Shown: positions 40,143-50,076 of the stretch, in pieces
Layout: each line of letters opens with the position of its first letter
Position numbering within the stretch: position 1 is the first letter of the stretch
NCBI GenBank assembly: GCA_040752695.1
Contig: JBFMGO010000020.1
Span: 11,473 to 65,071, forward strand
DNA: 53,599 nt
Direction: 5' to 3'
Source of the DNA: a bacterium
Lineage (GTDB): Bacteria > SZUA-182 > DTGQ01
Notes under the pieces: generated by a model
Databases searched by the model: none
The model's input: the letters and a program-made list of their open reading frames with translations, nothing else
What the model was told of the DNA's origin: nothing
Translations under genes and position numbers: made by a program

Positions 40143-43016
40143 ATGGAAAAATCAAAAGGTTTGCATCCGCTTATCCGCTCCCTCCCGCTTGCGGCCATTG
40201 TCCTCATGATTTTTTGTATCTTCTCTGCAGCCTCCCTTAAGGCGCAGGATGCGACCTTTCCTGCGAATAAGCCGATAACCGACTCCCTTAAGGCGCAGGA
40301 TGAACCCTCGTCTTTGAACAAGCCGATAACCGATCTTAAGATCGTGTCCAATGATTCGACCATCGTGCCTCAGGTTCGCTATCTTCTTGGCTTGCAGATT
40401 AAAGACCTCTATAGCCAGGAAAGAATTGACCAGGGGATCGAGCGGGTGAAAATGCTGAATGTATTTTCCTCCATTCAGGTGGAAAAAAAGGTGGATCTTG
40501 ATGGGGTAAGACTGACCGTGACCCTGAAAAAGAACCCCGTCATTGAAGAGATCGATATTTCCGGCAACTATCCATTATTCAAGAATGAGGTTACCAAAGT
40601 CATCAGCGTCAGGATCGGGGATTGCCTCGATTCTGAGAGATTGCAGCAAAGCGCCAGGGATATCGAGCAGCTCTACCGGGCGGAAGGGTATTACCAGGTA
40701 CAAGTATCAATTCACACAGAGAAAAATGAAAAGAATCAGAACGCAAAAGTCCTGTTTCGAATCAAGAGAGGGTGGCGAACCAAGGTTAGGGAAGTAAGAT
40801 TCGAGGAAGACGGCAAGCAGGTTAAGGATACCTTTGCCTACCAGAGCATCCTGGGCATCTACGCGGGAAATTCCCTGCGGGAAGTCAAGCTCAAAAAGAC
40901 TATCCAGCAATTGGAAAGTATCCTGGTCAACCAGGGGTTTTTAAAGGTAAAAACCCGCTACCAGATAACCCACCTGCCGGAGAGTTATGCTCTTTTGGAG
41001 ATTATCATTGACAAGGGGCAAAGGGTGCAGGTGAACATACACGGAAACCGGCACATAAGCGATAAACAACTCCGCAACAGGATCACCCTGTTTGAAAACC
41101 GCTCTCATACTGAATTTGATCTTCAGGAAAGCGTTGAAGATATCAGGCAAACCTATCTGGAGCAGGGATTCTTGTTCGTTGAGGCCGCATATGAGAAAAA
41201 GATCAAGGATAAGGGGGAAATCCAGATCACCTTCCAGATCAGGGAAGGAAAAAAGGTTTTTCTGGATAAGGTTATCTTCGAAGGCAACCAGGGCATTTCA
41301 AGTAAAAAACTGGCCGGGCAAATACTGATCCTGCAAAAGATTACTCCATTTCAAAGGAACGTTTTCAATAAGCTGGTTTATGAAGAAGATTTGAAGGCGA
41401 TCAAAGCCTTCTATACCTTTGAGGGGTATCCCTGGGCCGAGATTGTGGATGGAAAAACCACCTTCAACTCAGATCAAGGCCGCATATCTAAAACGGTTTC
41501 CATCCATGAGGGACCGCGGGTGGTAGTGCAGCGGGTGTCCTTCCAGGGGAACCATCTTTATGATGATGCACTGCTGCGAGAGAAAGTTGCCTTGAAGCAG
41601 GGAAGTTACTTTACAGAAGAAAAATGGCAGGAAGACAGAAAAAATCTGGCTATCTTTTACTCCAACCATGGCTACGTATTTGTCAGCATAACACCCAAGG
41701 TTACTTTTAACAAAGAGAAGGGACTGGTGGCGCTTACCTATATCATAGATGAAGGACCGGAAGCATATTTTGGCAAAACTATCATCAGGGGAAATGTCAG
41801 AACCCGGCATTCCGTCATTCAAGATTCGCTTATCTTTTCAGAAGGAGATGCCTTCAGCTATCAGGAAATTATCGAAAGTAATAAAAACTTGAGCGATCTT
41901 GGAATCTTCCGTGCTGTCCGGGTAAAACCGATCGGTTTGGAAAAACAGGAAAAGAACACTGACATTCTGGTCGAAGTGGAAGAGATGAACACAGGCAGAG
42001 CCAATGTAGGGGTCGGATTTAATTCAGTTCAAGGATACCGGGGCTATCTGGAGCTTCGAGAAGATAACATTGCCGGCACCTCCCTGGGCACTACCTTAAG
42101 GCTGGAATACTCAGGGATCGGTAAGCAGTATAACCTCTCCGACGGCGTCCAGTATGCCCGGAACATTTCTCTTGGCATCAGTGATCCTTTACTGATGCCC
42201 AAGCAGAAAATAGAAGGCAGTCTTAACCTGTTCGACACCTATGAGGAGAAAACCGGTTATGACCTGCGCCAGAACGGAGTAAAGATTCGCCTCGGAAGAC
42301 CTCTGCATAAAACGATCGACCTCTCACTCATCTATCGTCTTGAGTTAGCGCGACTGCGAAACGAGGCTCCCCATTCCGATCCTGATGACTCGTTTATCCC
42401 TGAGGAAGATCGGGAGCAGACCATCAGCAGCCTCAAACCCGTCCTCTCCTTTGATACGCGCGACAGTTTTTTCAATCCCAGGAAAGGTGTTTTTACTCAG
42501 GTTGGATTTGAAACGGCTGGAAATCTTCTGGGAGGGGAAAGCAGCTTCTCAAAGCTTACCATCTCGGCGGCCGAATTTCTCCCGCTCTCAGGAAAGCTTA
42601 TCCTTGCCCTGGAAACTACCAGCGGCTATGCATGGGCACCCCGCCATGAGAAGCTCCCTATTCAGGAAGGGTTCTATGCCGGTGGTCTGAACAGTGTCCG
42701 GGGATATCTGGAAGATTCTCTGTGCGAGCCGCATGAGGATGTGCCTTCTGGTGGAAATGTTTTACTGGTCAATAACCTGGAACTTAGATACGACCTGTAT
42801 CGGCAACAGTTAAACGGAGTCCTTTTTTTTGATGCCGGTAATGTCTGGAAAACCCAAAAGGATATTAACCTTCCTTCGGTGCGGACCAGTGCGGGTTTGG
42901 GCCTTCGAATAGTCACGCCGGTCGGTCCGATCCGGCTGGATTATGCCTGGGTGTTGGGCCGAAAGCGTAATGAGCCCAACGGCAAATTCTATATAAGCGT
43001 AGGACATATGTTTTAG
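40143..43016 (+). CDS. Omp85 family BamA/TamA protein with ~7 POTRA domains
   Basis: Repeated ..I.GN POTRA units; FYAGGLNSVRGY; TPVGPIRLDYA; C-terminal F. Confidence 0.92.
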   Translation: MEKSKGLHPLIRSLPLAAIVLMIFCIFSAASLKAQDATFPANKPITDSLKAQDEPSSLNKPITDLKIVSNDSTIVPQVRYLLGLQIKDLYSQERIDQGIERVKMLNVFSSIQVEKKVDLDGVRLTVTLKKNPVIEEIDISGNYPLFKNEVTKVISVRIGDCLDSERLQQSARDIEQLYRAEGYYQVQVSIHTEKNEKNQNAKVLFRIKRGWRTKVREVRFEEDGKQVKDTFAYQSILGIYAGNSLREVKLKKTIQQLESILVNQGFLKVKTRYQITHLPESYALLEIIIDKGQRVQVNIHGNRHISDKQLRNRITLFENRSHTEFDLQESVEDIRQTYLEQGFLFVEAAYEKKIKDKGEIQITFQIREGKKVFLDKVIFEGNQGISSKKLAGQILILQKITPFQRNVFNKLVYEEDLKAIKAFYTFEGYPWAEIVDGKTTFNSDQGRISKTVSIHEGPRVVVQRVSFQGNHLYDDALLREKVALKQGSYFTEEKWQEDRKNLAIFYSNHGYVFVSITPKVTFNKEKGLVALTYIIDEGPEAYFGKTIIRGNVRTRHSVIQDSLIFSEGDAFSYQEIIESNKNLSDLGIFRAVRVKPIGLEKQEKNTDILVEVEEMNTGRANVGVGFNSVQGYRGYLELREDNIAGTSLGTTLRLEYSGIGKQYNLSDGVQYARNISLGISDPLLMPKQKIEGSLNLFDTYEEKTGYDLRQNGVKIRLGRPLHKTIDLSLIYRLELARLRNEAPHSDPDDSFIPEEDREQTISSLKPVLSFDTRDSFFNPRKGVFTQVGFETAGNLLGGESSFSKLTISAAEFLPLSGKLILALETTSGYAWAPRHEKLPIQEGFYAGGLNSVRGYLEDSLCEPHEDVPSGGNVLLVNNLELRYDLYRQQLNGVLFFDAGNVWKTQKDINLPSVRTSAGLGLRIVTPVGPIRLDYAWVLGRKRNEPNGKFYISVGHMF

Positions 43017-43125
43017 CATAGGACATCTGTTTTGAGCAACTCGTGTCTGGTGAAGTCAGCAAGCACTAAGGCTTGTCAGCCAACATCTTGCAAAGTCAGC
43101 CAGCACTCTGCCCAGGCAGCCGGTA

Positions 43126-44058
43126 TCAAGCCAGTAACTCCAGAATTTCCCTGAATTCCTCCAAAGATTCGAGGGTGGCAGCCTTCTTTAACAGCTTATG
43201 TAAAATAGCTGTTTCACCTATCTGCTTAATCAGTTCCATTACCTCATCAGGTACTGAACTAAAACGCGCCTCAAGAACCTCTACGATCGACTCCTGGGCG
43301 CTTTTTTGAATTCCCTGCTGAATTCCCTGCTGAATTCCCTGCTGAATTCCCTGCTGAATTCCCTGCTGAATTCCCTGCTGAATTCCCTTCTGGGTTGCCT
43401 CTTCAAACCATTCCTCAAAAAAATGAGCCGTTTTGATCATGGTCATTTCCTCCTTAAAATATCCCCTGACCCAGTCTTCCTTAAAGTGACGAAGAGCCAG
43501 GGTCAGGGCAATGGATAACAGGTCTGCCCTTTCCGCTTCATTCTCCACCTGCATAATTAGTTCTTTTTCCCTGCTCAATACCTCTTCGTCAGGATGATCG
43601 GTCATTAAGACCAGGAAAGGTGCAAACTCTTTCCTCCTCCCGCTTTCGATCTCTTCCTTATAGTCCCAGAGGCGTATGGTCTCAAAGAGATAATAGTTGG
43701 TGCAGCCATGATAATTGATCTCATACTTTTCCTTATAAGAATTTTTGTTCAGGTAGAGGATTACTCCGATCACCGGAAGGCCGACTGCCTCATGCAGGAG
43801 GGCACATTTGGTATAGGCACGCCGCAATGCGTCCTGGCTTGCCCTTAGTTGAAACTCAAAGATAAAGTAGGCGTCCTGCTGCTGGCCGTCACTTACCCTG
43901 AAGGCATAATCGCCTCGCTTCTCGGGGATGTTAATTTCCGGGTTTTCTACCATGACTTTGAGGTTTTCACGAGGATCTATGAGAAGACTTATGAACAATT
44001 CCGGATAGAGCCGGGCCAGGATCTTGAGACTGCGATCGTACGGATCAATTTTTTTCAC
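43126..44058 (-). CDS. Rpn-like (PD-(D/E)XK recombination-promoting nuclease/putative transposase) protein
   Basis: YDRSLK, RGDYAF, IFEFQ nuclease motifs; (IQQG)6 linker; DUF4351-like C-terminus. Confidence 0.8.
   Translation of the reverse strand: MKKIDPYDRSLKILARLYPELFISLLIDPRENLKVMVENPEINIPEKRGDYAFRVSDGQQQDAYFIFEFQLRASQDALRRAYTKCALLHEAVGLPVIGVILYLNKNSYKEKYEINYHGCTNYYLFETIRLWDYKEEIESGRRKEFAPFLVLMTDHPDEEVLSREKELIMQVENEAERADLLSIALTLALRHFKEDWVRGYFKEEMTMIKTAHFFEEWFEEATQKGIQQGIQQGIQQGIQQGIQQGIQQGIQKSAQESIVEVLEARFSSVPDEVMELIKQIGETAILHKLLKKAATLESLEEFREILELLA
43307..43388. repeat. 12-bp coding tandem repeat TGAATTCCCTGC x6+
   Basis: Exact copies encoding IQQG. Confidence 0.95.
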
Positions 44059-44220
44059 ACTTTCTTCCCTTAATTTAGATCTCGACGTGCCTTCAGTCTG
44101 GACTTACAGCTTCTATTACTTTCTCGACTTACATCTATTTTATCGCATACTGCGGTGATTTGTAAATAGTCACGGGAATAGTCAGGGGAGCGGGTTTTTC
44201 ACGCCTTCGAGAATCCATGC

Positions 44221-45450
44221 TCAAAGGACGCGATCAATCACCCCTCCGCCCAGAACCTTATCCGCCTGGTAAAAAACTACGGACTGACCCGGTGCAATCG
44301 ATTTTTCCGGCTCTTCAAAGCGGACCATGGCGGCATTTTGCGCATCATCCAAAGGAATGATGAGTGCAGGCTGCGGCTTATGGCGGTAGCGGATCTGGGC
44401 TAGAGCTCTGACAGGCTCCTTTGGGGGAGGTATCAGCATCCAATTCGTCTGGCTCACGATCAATTCCTGCCGGTACGTCTCGGACTCTTCGCCGACGGTA
44501 AGGCAATTTTTTTCCGGATCAATGGCCAGTACATACAGAGGTGCCGGATTATAGAGGCCAAGTCCCCGTCGCTGGCCAATTGTATAGGAATAGATTCCTT
44601 TATGATAGCCGAGCACATCTCCCTTCCGGTTCACAATGGGGCCTTCTCCCTTTTCCTGATGCCCTTTTTGTTTCCTTAGGAATCCGCAATAATCGCCCTG
44701 CGGAAGGAAGCAGATCTCCTGGCTTTCAGGTCTGTCATGCACCGGCAAATCAAATTCTCTGGCCATGGCCCGAACCTCTTCTTTCGTGTAGTCCTTCAGG
44801 GGAAAAAGGACATGCTGTAATTGGAATTGGGTTAAGCTATAGAGAAAGTAGGACTGGTCTTTAACGCTGTCTTCTCCCCGCCGCAAATAGAGCCTTCCTG
44901 ATTCTGAACTTTGGGCCAAAGAGACATAATGGCCTGTAGCCAGAAAGTCAAACCCCATTGAGCGGGCTTTTTTGAGGAGAAAGCCGAACTTTATCTTTTG
45001 ATTACAGGGAATGCAGGGATTGGGTGTCCTCCCGGCCAGGTATTCCCGGCAAAAGTAATCAACCACCTCTTTTTGGAATTCCTGCCGCACATCGTCAATG
45101 CGATAAAAAGGAATGTCCAGTTTCCGGCAGATCTTCCAGACATCTTCGGCTTCCTGCAAGAATCTGCGGTCCTGACATTGTCCCTCCTGGATGATGAAGG
45201 TTTGCGGTGGTCCATCACTGGCTGAAGAGATTGAGGATGTTGAAGAGATTGAAGCAGTTAAAGGAGCTGAAGAAGTTAAAGAGGCTGAAGGGAAAGTTGG
45301 CAGATTGAGGTACCCCCCTGCCACATGGCAGCCTTGCCTGATTAAAAGACAGGCAGCTACAGAGGAATCCACTCCCCCGCTCATAGCTACCAGCACTCTG
45401 GAATTTTTCAGTGAGTCCCTGGCAGGGTGAATTTTGGATTCTCTGTACAT
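44221..45450 (-). CDS. mnmA: tRNA 2-thiouridylase MnmA
   Basis: AMSGGVDSS, TPNPCIPCN, ATGHY, KDQSYFL, ESQEICF, TIGQRRG. Confidence 0.96.
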   Translation of the reverse strand: MYRESKIHPARDSLKNSRVLVAMSGGVDSSVAACLLIRQGCHVAGGYLNLPTFPSASLTSSAPLTASISSTSSISSASDGPPQTFIIQEGQCQDRRFLQEAEDVWKICRKLDIPFYRIDDVRQEFQKEVVDYFCREYLAGRTPNPCIPCNQKIKFGFLLKKARSMGFDFLATGHYVSLAQSSESGRLYLRRGEDSVKDQSYFLYSLTQFQLQHVLFPLKDYTKEEVRAMAREFDLPVHDRPESQEICFLPQGDYCGFLRKQKGHQEKGEGPIVNRKGDVLGYHKGIYSYTIGQRRGLGLYNPAPLYVLAIDPEKNCLTVGEESETYRQELIVSQTNWMLIPPPKEPVRALAQIRYRHKPQPALIIPLDDAQNAAMVRFEEPEKSIAPGQSVVFYQADKVLGGGVIDRVL

Positions 45451-45566
45451 CGTATCGACTCCTGTGATATTCTGGAATACACTATAGCCATCACTATACT
45501 ACCTCCCAAGAGGCCATGTCAAGGCCCATTCCTAGAAACTTATTGAAAATATTACCCAATACTATA

Positions 45567-45608
45567 TAGTCCTATTGGATAGGACGTTAGTCCTATCCAA
45601 TAGGACTA
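45567..45608. promoter_or_regulatory. Nested palindrome, two GTCCTAT-N3-ATAGGAC sites
   Basis: Perfect 19-bp IR whose arms are each palindromic, between divergent mnmA and the chemotaxis cluster. Confidence 0.55.
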
Positions 45609-45887
45609 GGCCAACAAGTCATTGTATCTGCTTTACCTCGGGCTTATATTGAGTGGACTTGAGCCTTTCTCCCAAGAGTGATTCAGTGGATGGATTCTTC
45701 TTCTGTAGGACAGATTCTCCTGGCAGATAATCACTTTGAGGCTCTGCACCGGTATTTTATTATCCTATAACCAGTTGAAACTTCGTCCAATACAGCTTGA
45801 AACGAGATTGATATCATATGAAAGCACCGTGTGGCATGCATTTTGTCTTATATACTCCTGGTAAGCGGAAAGGCTCAAGTGAAAAAA

Positions 45888-46008
45888 CTGACTCATTGAT
45901 TGACTGCCAGACTGACTAGTAGACTGACTATTTGACCAACTTACCATTTGACAACTGACCGACTGGTTGGCTGGTTGGCTGGTTGGCTGATTGGCTTACT
46001 GGCTGATT
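45888..46008. repeat. Degenerate 4/8-bp repeat tract (GACT/TGGC/TGGT)
   Basis: GACTGACT...CTGGTTGG x3 visible. Confidence 0.75.
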
Positions 46009-46053
46009 AATTTTTTGCCTGCCGGTCACCGCAGGAAAAGGAAAGGCCCAAGC

Positions 46054-46458
46054 ATGAAACTGCTTCTTTATGCACCGGCGGTAGAGGAGGCTGGAAAGAG
46101 GCTTCAAGGGATAATTGAAAATCTTGTTCCGGAGGCAAAGAGGGAAGTTTGCCGAACTATCGATGATTTATCTATCAGGCTCCGCCAGCCGATGAATAAT
46201 CTATCCGTTGCTGTGCTTCTGGCTGCCACCAGGCAGGATCTTTCGGATATCGTTACCATTGCTGATTTGATGGGAGACCTTCGTCTCATCGTCATTCTGC
46301 CCGACCTTGAAGATGACACCATTGCCAAAGGACACTCTTTACGGCCGCGGTTTTTGGACAATATTGATAGTGACTTCAGTGATATTGCCGCTATTTTAGG
46401 CAAAATGCTTAAAACGGGAGCGTTCATAGATGGTTGCTGCAAAGCTCATGAGCCATAA
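46054..46458 (+). CDS. Hypothetical protein, degenerate receiver-like fold
   Basis: beta/alpha alternation (LLLYA, VAVLLA, LIVILPD, LRPRFL) without the phospho-Asp motif. Confidence 0.65.
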   Translation: MKLLLYAPAVEEAGKRLQGIIENLVPEAKREVCRTIDDLSIRLRQPMNNLSVAVLLAATRQDLSDIVTIADLMGDLRLIVILPDLEDDTIAKGHSLRPRFLDNIDSDFSDIAAILGKMLKTGAFIDGCCKAHEP

Positions 46459-48358
46459 GGTTTTCAAAAGATTTCGACTCCGACGCCGTCTCTCCGGCCA
46501 TGGGACACAATTACAGGAGGTCAGCCAGGGCCTGCTTTCGCTGGCATCTCAGAGTGAACAGGAATTTCTTTCTCTGGGAGAAAGGCTACAGCAGTTTGCA
46601 TCAACCTTCAAGCACCTTTCCCAAAAGCTCAAGCGGGCTCTTCAGAAGCTTGACGGGAATGGAAGCGACAACGAGGCGGTTCTGGCCAGCATTCGGCATC
46701 TTCTCGAGAGTGCAGTTACCGTTTTGGATGCCCAGAGAGAGAATATGGCCAGTTCACTTGAGCACATGATGGTCGTAAGCGAAAGGCTCCAGAAGGTGAG
46801 TAAACTGCGGGAAGATTTTCAGAAAATCTCCCGCCTTCTTCACATCCTGGGCACTTCCATCAGGATTGAAAGCAATCGAGCAGGTAAGCAGGGGCATGAG
46901 TTCATGGTTCTCGGAGACGAGATCGATCAGATATGGTCTCATATTACCAAGAACACTGAAGTATTACTCAATGAGGCGGCCAAATCAGCCAATTTGATTG
47001 AAACAGCACGAAAACACATAACCGAAAGCTGGATGAATCATCAGGTGCTGATTTCTGGAGCCCGGAAATCGATTTTGTCTGTCCTCACCGAGGTAGAGGA
47101 GATGTACCGGATTTCCTCCGGGGCTGCTCAAGGGATTGCTGATCGAACTCAGGCAATTTCACAGGAAATCGGAGAGATTGTTTGTTCTCTTCAATTTCAT
47201 GATATCACCAGGCAGCAACTTGAACATATCCATGATGCGCTGAACAGGGCGGGAAGCGGGCTTAAGGATTCTTCCCATCATGAGGCGCTGTTTTTACATA
47301 ACATAACCCAGACCCTGCTTGTCCAAAGATCACAGTTAAAAAACGTGAGCAGAGAAATAGATCAGGTAGGCGGCAGGATCAGAAAAAGCCTGACCGAAAT
47401 TGCCAATAAACTGGAAAGAGAGGATACATCGATTTCCTATTTTCATGATAATACCCATAGTCTTGAGAGTGGCAAGGTGCAATTGCTTGAGAACGAAATC
47501 TCTCAGCTTGCCTCAATTCTTGATCAATGCAAGGGCCTTGAGGAGGAGATATCGCAGGCATTAAAACCAACCATTCAATCAGCCGCTCAGATTGAGTCAT
47601 ACATGCAGGAAATGGAGCGGGTAGGGTACACCATTAATCTCCTCTCTCTCAATGCCTTGATTAAAGCTGCCCAAAACAGCGAGTCAGGTCAAACCTTTGC
47701 TGTTCTGGCAGAGGAAATACACCGACAGGCTATAATCTCGGCCGAACTATCCGAGAATGCCCGTTTGGGATTGTCCTCCTTGATTGATAATAACGATGCG
47801 CTGGAGAAGACACTGGGTTTTTTAATTGAACAAAAGAGCAAGGCAGAATCGATCGTTCGTCAGACTCTCGAAAATGCTGCCAGTCTTGGTTCCCTGAATC
47901 AGGAACTGGGCGGACTCGTCTCTGTCCTCAGACGGAAGAATAGTCAGCTCGCATCCGGATTGTTCGCTTTGGCTCAAAACATCCAGTTTGAGAGCCTCTT
48001 TCGAACCAGAATTAACCAGGGGCTGGGAGAATTGGAAAATATCCAGAACGAGATTCAGGAATTCCTCAAGAGTGCCCATCTAAAGCAGCCGGACAAAAGC
48101 CATGCTGCAACCGCCACAGAGTTGATTGATGCCCATTATACTATGGAAGAGGAAAGAAGGATTCATCAAGCAGCCATTTCCGGCACTACCTGGCAGGAAG
48201 GGGATGAGCAAAAGGATGAACCGAAAGATGAGTTGAAGGGGGAACTGAGGGAGTCGCCTGAAAAAGCTGAAAAAGAACTTCCTGAAGATACAGATAACAA
48301 TAATGATAAAGATAACAATAACGAAGAGCCTCTTGGAGATAATGTGGAACTGTTTTGA
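46430..48358 (+). CDS. Cytoplasmic MCP-like coiled-coil chemotaxis protein (start uncertain)
   Basis: NLLSLNALIKAA..GQTFAVLAEEI hairpin; LQFHDITRQ; C-terminal GDNVELF; no TM. Confidence 0.8.
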   Translation: MVAAKLMSHKVFKRFRLRRRLSGHGTQLQEVSQGLLSLASQSEQEFLSLGERLQQFASTFKHLSQKLKRALQKLDGNGSDNEAVLASIRHLLESAVTVLDAQRENMASSLEHMMVVSERLQKVSKLREDFQKISRLLHILGTSIRIESNRAGKQGHEFMVLGDEIDQIWSHITKNTEVLLNEAAKSANLIETARKHITESWMNHQVLISGARKSILSVLTEVEEMYRISSGAAQGIADRTQAISQEIGEIVCSLQFHDITRQQLEHIHDALNRAGSGLKDSSHHEALFLHNITQTLLVQRSQLKNVSREIDQVGGRIRKSLTEIANKLEREDTSISYFHDNTHSLESGKVQLLENEISQLASILDQCKGLEEEISQALKPTIQSAAQIESYMQEMERVGYTINLLSLNALIKAAQNSESGQTFAVLAEEIHRQAIISAELSENARLGLSSLIDNNDALEKTLGFLIEQKSKAESIVRQTLENAASLGSLNQELGGLVSVLRRKNSQLASGLFALAQNIQFESLFRTRINQGLGELENIQNEIQEFLKSAHLKQPDKSHAATATELIDAHYTMEEERRIHQAAISGTTWQEGDEQKDEPKDELKGELRESPEKAEKELPEDTDNNNDKDNNNEEPLGDNVELF

Positions 48359-48367
48359 GAAAAAAAG

Positions 48368-48550
48368 AGCCAGAAGTCAGAAGTCGGAAGTCAGGTATCA
48401 GGGGCCATATACCAGCATCCAGTATTCAGAACCCCAGCATCCAGGAACTGGAATTCAGGAGCTTGGAATCCAGGAATCTCTTGTGCCAGCATCCATGCAT
48501 CCATAAGCCAGGAGCCAGTGCCCAGAAGCCAGCATCCAGAATCCGGAATT
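48368..48550. repeat. Degenerate heptamer tandem repeats (AGCCAGA/AGTCAGA/CAGCATC)
   Basis: 7-bp periodicity across the intergenic spacer. Confidence 0.75.
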
Positions 48551-48576
48551 AAGAATAGAAGACAGGAGTATACATA

Positions 48577-50076
48577 ATGGATCAGGTAAAAGAACCGATT
48601 TCACTCGTACAATACATAACAGATAACCTGACCGGTCTGTTCAGTCACTCTTATTTTCACGGAATTTTTCCCCAGGAGGTAAAAAGAGCAAGGACCTGTA
48701 ATCGCCATCTCTCGCTGGCCCTTTTGAACCTTGATTGCTTTTCTTCCTATAATACACTTCACGGGTATTTCCAGGGAGATACTCTTTTAAAAGAAGTTGC
48801 TGAACTCATCAGGCGAGATACTCAATCATTCGGTACAGCATGCAGATACAAAGAAGACGAATTTGCTATTATCCTTCCACGGATGAATCCCGACGAAGCT
48901 CTCTCTGCGATGGATCAGATCAGGTGCCATGTGTTTGAAGCTTTTCATATATCATCTGACCATCGGTGTGAACAGCCTATTACCCTGAGTGTGGGGATTT
49001 CTTCGTTGTCAAAGGATACTCTTACAGCGAACGAATTGATTGCCAAGGCACAGCAGGCTTTATATCAGGCCAAGGTCAGGGGAAAGAATCGGTGCTTGCT
49101 CTATCAGGATGTGGCATATCCATCTCAAAACCAGCAGGCCATAATCCTCATCGTGGACGATATGAATTGTAATATCAATTACATAGAAGATATTCTCACT
49201 CCTTTTAACTATACTTTCATCAAGGCCACGGACGGGCTGGAGGCTCTCTCGCTCGTCCATCGCCAAAAGCCGGATTTGATTCTCATGGACGTTATGATGC
49301 CGAATCTCAACGGCTATGAAGTCTGCCGTCAGTTAAAAGAAGACCAAAATACGCGGCTTATTCCCATTATTTTGATAACTTCTTTGAGCACGCTGCAGGA
49401 TAAGATAACAGGAATCGAGGCCGGTGCTGATGATTATTTGATAAAGCCTTTTCAGAAAGCGGAATTAGCGGCCAGGGTGAAATCGTTGTTGCGAGTAAAG
49501 AATCTCAATGATCATTTAGAAAGCCAGGAGAATGTCATTTTTTCTTTAGCCAGAGCCATAGAGGCGAAAGATAAATACACACTTGGCCATACCGAGCGTG
49601 TAACAGGCTATGCATTGACGCTGGGGGAACAGATCGGGCTGGATGATCTCAGCCGGTATGCCTTGAAGCTTGGCGGAGTGCTTCATGATATCGGTAAGAT
49701 CGGGATACCGGAATCGATACTCAATAAACCCGGACCTCTTAACCCCCAGGAGTGGGAAGCTATCCAAAAACATCCGGAAATCGGTTTCAGTATTTGCTTT
49801 CCGCTCAAAGACAAGTTGGGGGAGGCACTGTCCATCATACGTCATCATCATGAAAAGATGAATGGTACGGGTTATCCTGACAGGCTGAAAGGAGAAGCCA
49901 TCCCTCTGGTGGCCAGAATCATGGCCATAGCTGACATCTATGATGCTTTAACCACAGACCGCCCTTATCGAAAACGTTTATCGAAAAAAGAGGCTCTTGA
50001 GATCCTGCAAAATGAAGCTGACCGTGGATTACTGGATCGGGAATTAGTTGATCAATTCGGTATAGTACTTACCTAA
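48577..50076 (+). CDS. Degenerate GGDEF + receiver + HD-GYP phosphodiesterase
   Basis: RYKEDEF in place of GGDEF; IVDD/LMDVMMP/KPF receiver; HDIGK, HHHEK, GYP. Confidence 0.92.
   Translation: MDQVKEPISLVQYITDNLTGLFSHSYFHGIFPQEVKRARTCNRHLSLALLNLDCFSSYNTLHGYFQGDTLLKEVAELIRRDTQSFGTACRYKEDEFAIILPRMNPDEALSAMDQIRCHVFEAFHISSDHRCEQPITLSVGISSLSKDTLTANELIAKAQQALYQAKVRGKNRCLLYQDVAYPSQNQQAIILIVDDMNCNINYIEDILTPFNYTFIKATDGLEALSLVHRQKPDLILMDVMMPNLNGYEVCRQLKEDQNTRLIPIILITSLSTLQDKITGIEAGADDYLIKPFQKAELAARVKSLLRVKNLNDHLESQENVIFSLARAIEAKDKYTLGHTERVTGYALTLGEQIGLDDLSRYALKLGGVLHDIGKIGIPESILNKPGPLNPQEWEAIQKHPEIGFSICFPLKDKLGEALSIIRHHHEKMNGTGYPDRLKGEAIPLVARIMAIADIYDALTTDRPYRKRLSKKEALEILQNEADRGLLDRELVDQFGIVLT

Noticed and set aside
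43307..43388. CRISPR-like array (also considered at 4416-4475 and 48368-48550)
   Set aside because: Contiguous tandem repeats with no unique spacers and no cas genes
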